From: an uncultured Sulfurimonas sp.
GTDB taxonomy: Bacteria; Campylobacterota; Campylobacteria; Campylobacterales; Sulfurimonadaceae
DNA length: 58,255 nucleotides
Direction: 5' to 3'
NCBI GenBank assembly: GCA_964481625.1
Contig: CAYZUN010000001.1
Coordinates: 1 to 58,255 of the forward strand
Part shown: positions 56,434-58,255 of the stretch, piece by piece
Numbering within the stretch: position 1 is the stretch's first letter
How the letters are laid out: each line of letters begins with the position of its first letter
Notes under the pieces: generated by a model
What the model was told of the DNA's origin: nothing
Seen by the model: only the letters and a program-made list of their open reading frames with translations
The model's database searches: none
Translations under genes and position numbers: made by a program

Positions 56434-56717
56434 TGAAATTATTTACATGTATTTTATTGCTTAGTGTTACGGTATTTGCGGCATCAGTCAATAAAAAAGC
56501 CGTTGCTTGTGAACTTCAAGACAACGTTGAGAGAGCTTATTTTTTATGGGAAAATAATGGAAGCAAGGGCTTCATTAAATTTATGACACGTAATCAGTGT
56601 GAGCTTTTACATCAAGATGCAAAAGTCGAAATTATAGCAAAAGGGGGTGATTACTATAAAGTGACACCTATTAACTTAAGAGAGTTATGGATACGCAAAG
56701 AAGTGATTACAAAATAG
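56433..56717 (+). CDS. Small secreted protein of unknown function, translationally coupled to the nos cluster
   Basis: 94 aa. Signal peptide MKLFTCILLLSVTVFAAS and two mature-region Cys. Its start overlaps the previous stop (TAATG). Confidence 0.5.
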   Translation: MKLFTCILLLSVTVFAASVNKKAVACELQDNVERAYFLWENNGSKGFIKFMTRNQCELLHQDAKVEIIAKGGDYYKVTPINLRELWIRKEVITK

Positions 56718-56729
56718 AGTAATGTTGCT

Positions 56730-57581
56730 CTATTTCTTAATAACCGTCCCCACGCCTTCATTAGTAAAAATCTCCAATAGCAGTGCATGCTCAACACGTC
56801 CATCAATAATATGTGCTTTTTCAACACCACCGTCAATCGCTTCAATACAGGCATCAACTTTAGGAATCATACCACCGATAATAGTACGATTTTCTTTAAA
56901 TACATGGATCTCATCTTCTGTTAATGTATCGAGTAGATTTTTTTCTTTGTCTAAAACCCCTGGAGTATCCGTCATAAAAATAATTTTTCGAGCACCAATA
57001 CTTGCAGCAATCTTACTCGCAGCAAGATCAGCATTAATGTTGTAACCCGGATGATTTGTCTCATCACTTGTTCCAATAGGAGCAATGACGGGAATAAACT
57101 TTTCTGCAATAAGGTTTTTAACAACAGTAGCATCAATATGAGTGATTTTACCAACGAATCCATATTTTTGAGCATCTACGGGTTTGGCTTTAATAAAACC
57201 GGCATCTTTACCACTGATACCAATGGCTTTAGCACCATGTTGATTAATTAAGGTAGTAATCTCTTTGTTGATATTGCCAGAGAGTACCATCTCAACAATC
57301 TCCATTACTTTTTCATCGGTAATACGAAGACCATCAACAAATTCAGTTCCAATTTGAAGTTTATCGAGCATGGAACTAATTTTATTCCCGCCACCATGAA
57401 CAATAACGGGTTTAATACCTACAAGATACATTAACAAAATATCTTGAGCAAATTTGTCTTTGAGCATCGGATTAATTTGTGCCGAGCCGCCATATTTGAC
57501 AACAAAAACTTCATTGCGATATTGCTTAATGTAGGGTAGGGCATCTAAAAGGGTTTTGACCTGATCTATTTTTTTTTGCAA
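56730..57581 (-). CDS. argB: Acetylglutamate kinase
   Basis: 283 aa. VVKYGGSA, VHGGG and amino-acid-kinase fold motifs, with C-terminal GVGTVI. Confidence 0.95.
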   Translation of the reverse strand: MQKKIDQVKTLLDALPYIKQYRNEVFVVKYGGSAQINPMLKDKFAQDILLMYLVGIKPVIVHGGGNKISSMLDKLQIGTEFVDGLRITDEKVMEIVEMVLSGNINKEITTLINQHGAKAIGISGKDAGFIKAKPVDAQKYGFVGKITHIDATVVKNLIAEKFIPVIAPIGTSDETNHPGYNINADLAASKIAASIGARKIIFMTDTPGVLDKEKNLLDTLTEDEIHVFKENRTIIGGMIPKVDACIEAIDGGVEKAHIIDGRVEHALLLEIFTNEGVGTVIKK

Positions 57582-57738
57582 AATGTCTCTTTATACTTCA
57601 GTTTTGTAACAGTATTTTACTTAAAAAATATAAAAAGTGTAGACAGGTTTAAGATTTACTTAACATAGTGGAATATTTTTATTGGCTTTTTTTCATTTAA
57701 CTCTTCAGTAAATTGATTAATTTCATAATGCCCTAATC

Positions 57739-58255
57739 TTACATCAAATCATAAGCAGCTGCTAAATCAACCTCCAATTCATTTATCTCTTTACTTATGT
57801 CGAGTTGTAAAGTTTTTGCAGTAGTACTTAGAGTAAAATCTGCTTTTTTGTGTTGGCTATTTAATTTTATTGTCGGTAATCTCATATCACTTAGTGCATT
57901 ATAAAGAGGATCTAAGTCATTGGAGTCGGAGATAATAATGATTTGATTTTCTCCAAGGTATCCTATAAATTTACCGGGTGAATGCTTTTGTACAACTTCT
58001 TTTACTATGGTAGAAAACTCAGTCTTAACTGCTATTGTTTCTGCTTTTCCATGCCATTTTTCTATATTGTCAAAATTTTTTACGCTAAGTAATATTGTAC
58101 TTAACTTATTTGTATATTGTTTTAAGATTTCAATTTCTTCCCAAACAAATTTTCTCATCGGCAGTTTTGTATGACTCTCAAGGTACATAGCGTCATAAAT
58201 AGCCGTGATATCACTAAATGTGAGTATATAGCTATCTTTATCTTCTAGTTTTGTC
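57739..58255 (-). CDS. Signalling protein fragment with a degenerate GGDEF domain, N-terminus outside the window
   Basis: The reading frame stays open upstream of the ORF-track Met to the window edge (...TKLEDKDSYILTFSDITAIYDAMYLESHTKLPMRKF...). It has a GGDEF-like layout (LP-x-R-x-F linker; SVKNFDNIEKWHG in place of D-x-D-x-FK..ND..GH; GYLGENQIIII in place of R-x-GGDEF), so the catalytic motif is degenerate. Confidence 0.5.
   Translation of the reverse strand, partial: TKLEDKDSYILTFSDITAIYDAMYLESHTKLPMRKFVWEEIEILKQYTNKLSTILLSVKNFDNIEKWHGKAETIAVKTEFSTIVKEVVQKHSPGKFIGYLGENQIIIISDSNDLDPLYNALSDMRLPTIKLNSQHKKADFTLSTTAKTLQLDISKEINELEVDLAAAYDLM

Noticed and set aside
1-58255. CRISPR arrays, rRNA genes, IS elements, integrases, prophage structural genes
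   Set aside because: I looked for regularly spaced direct repeats, rRNA-like conserved blocks and transposase or integrase motifs in the ORF translations, and found none.

Overview
A 58.3-kb chromosomal window from an AT-rich Campylobacterota (epsilonproteobacterium, possibly Sulfurimonas-like; taxonomy is inferred). The inference rests on gene order (fliW-proC / bamD-lon; 6S-purD-RDD-lptD...pnp) and on a Wolinella-type clade II nitrous oxide reductase cluster. All protein calls come from reading motifs in the supplied translations or my own hand translations; no database search was run.

Content, left to right:
- A >1279-aa secreted adhesin-like ORF that runs off the window and is missing from the ORF track.
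- proC, fliW, bamD and lon.
- A three-gene phosphorelay: double-Hpt protein, NIT-domain hybrid kinase and CheY-like receiver.
- uvrC, a small hidden lipoprotein ORF, nadB, an NhaD-like antiporter, guaA and hemD.
- A 6S-RNA-like structured element, then purD, an RDD protein, lptD, an MCE/MlaD protein, a PRTase, pnp and atpE.
- tRNA-Leu(GAG), followed by a low-GC islet (about 30.0-33.5 kb).
- The modE-modA-mop-modB-modC operon with a ModE box.
- tpx, a GDSL esterase, a dipeptide epimerase with a DUF819-like membrane protein, an exonuclease, a Sel1 protein, an orphan histidine kinase, an M23 peptidase, a PIF1-like helicase and ahpC.
- The complete nosZ-B-D-G-C1-C2-H-F-L-Y-L' cluster, argB, and a partial degenerate-GGDEF protein.

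Most notable observations:
1. The islet carries an apparently autoregulated two-gene cassette. One gene fuses an AbiEi-like wHTH to a gamma-glutamylcyclotransferase; the other is a glutamine-synthetase-fold amidoligase. An AAA/DUF4143 ATPase and a tRNA 3' fragment sit next to it. This is a candidate uncharacterised conflict or toxin-antitoxin-like system.
2. The palindrome TTACATGTAA (core TACATGTA) is strongly over-represented. It occurs mostly inside genes, in both permitted reading frames, and is absent from several blocks.
3. A Crp/Fnr (NssR-type) half-palindrome is centred at -41.5 relative to a predicted nosZ promoter.
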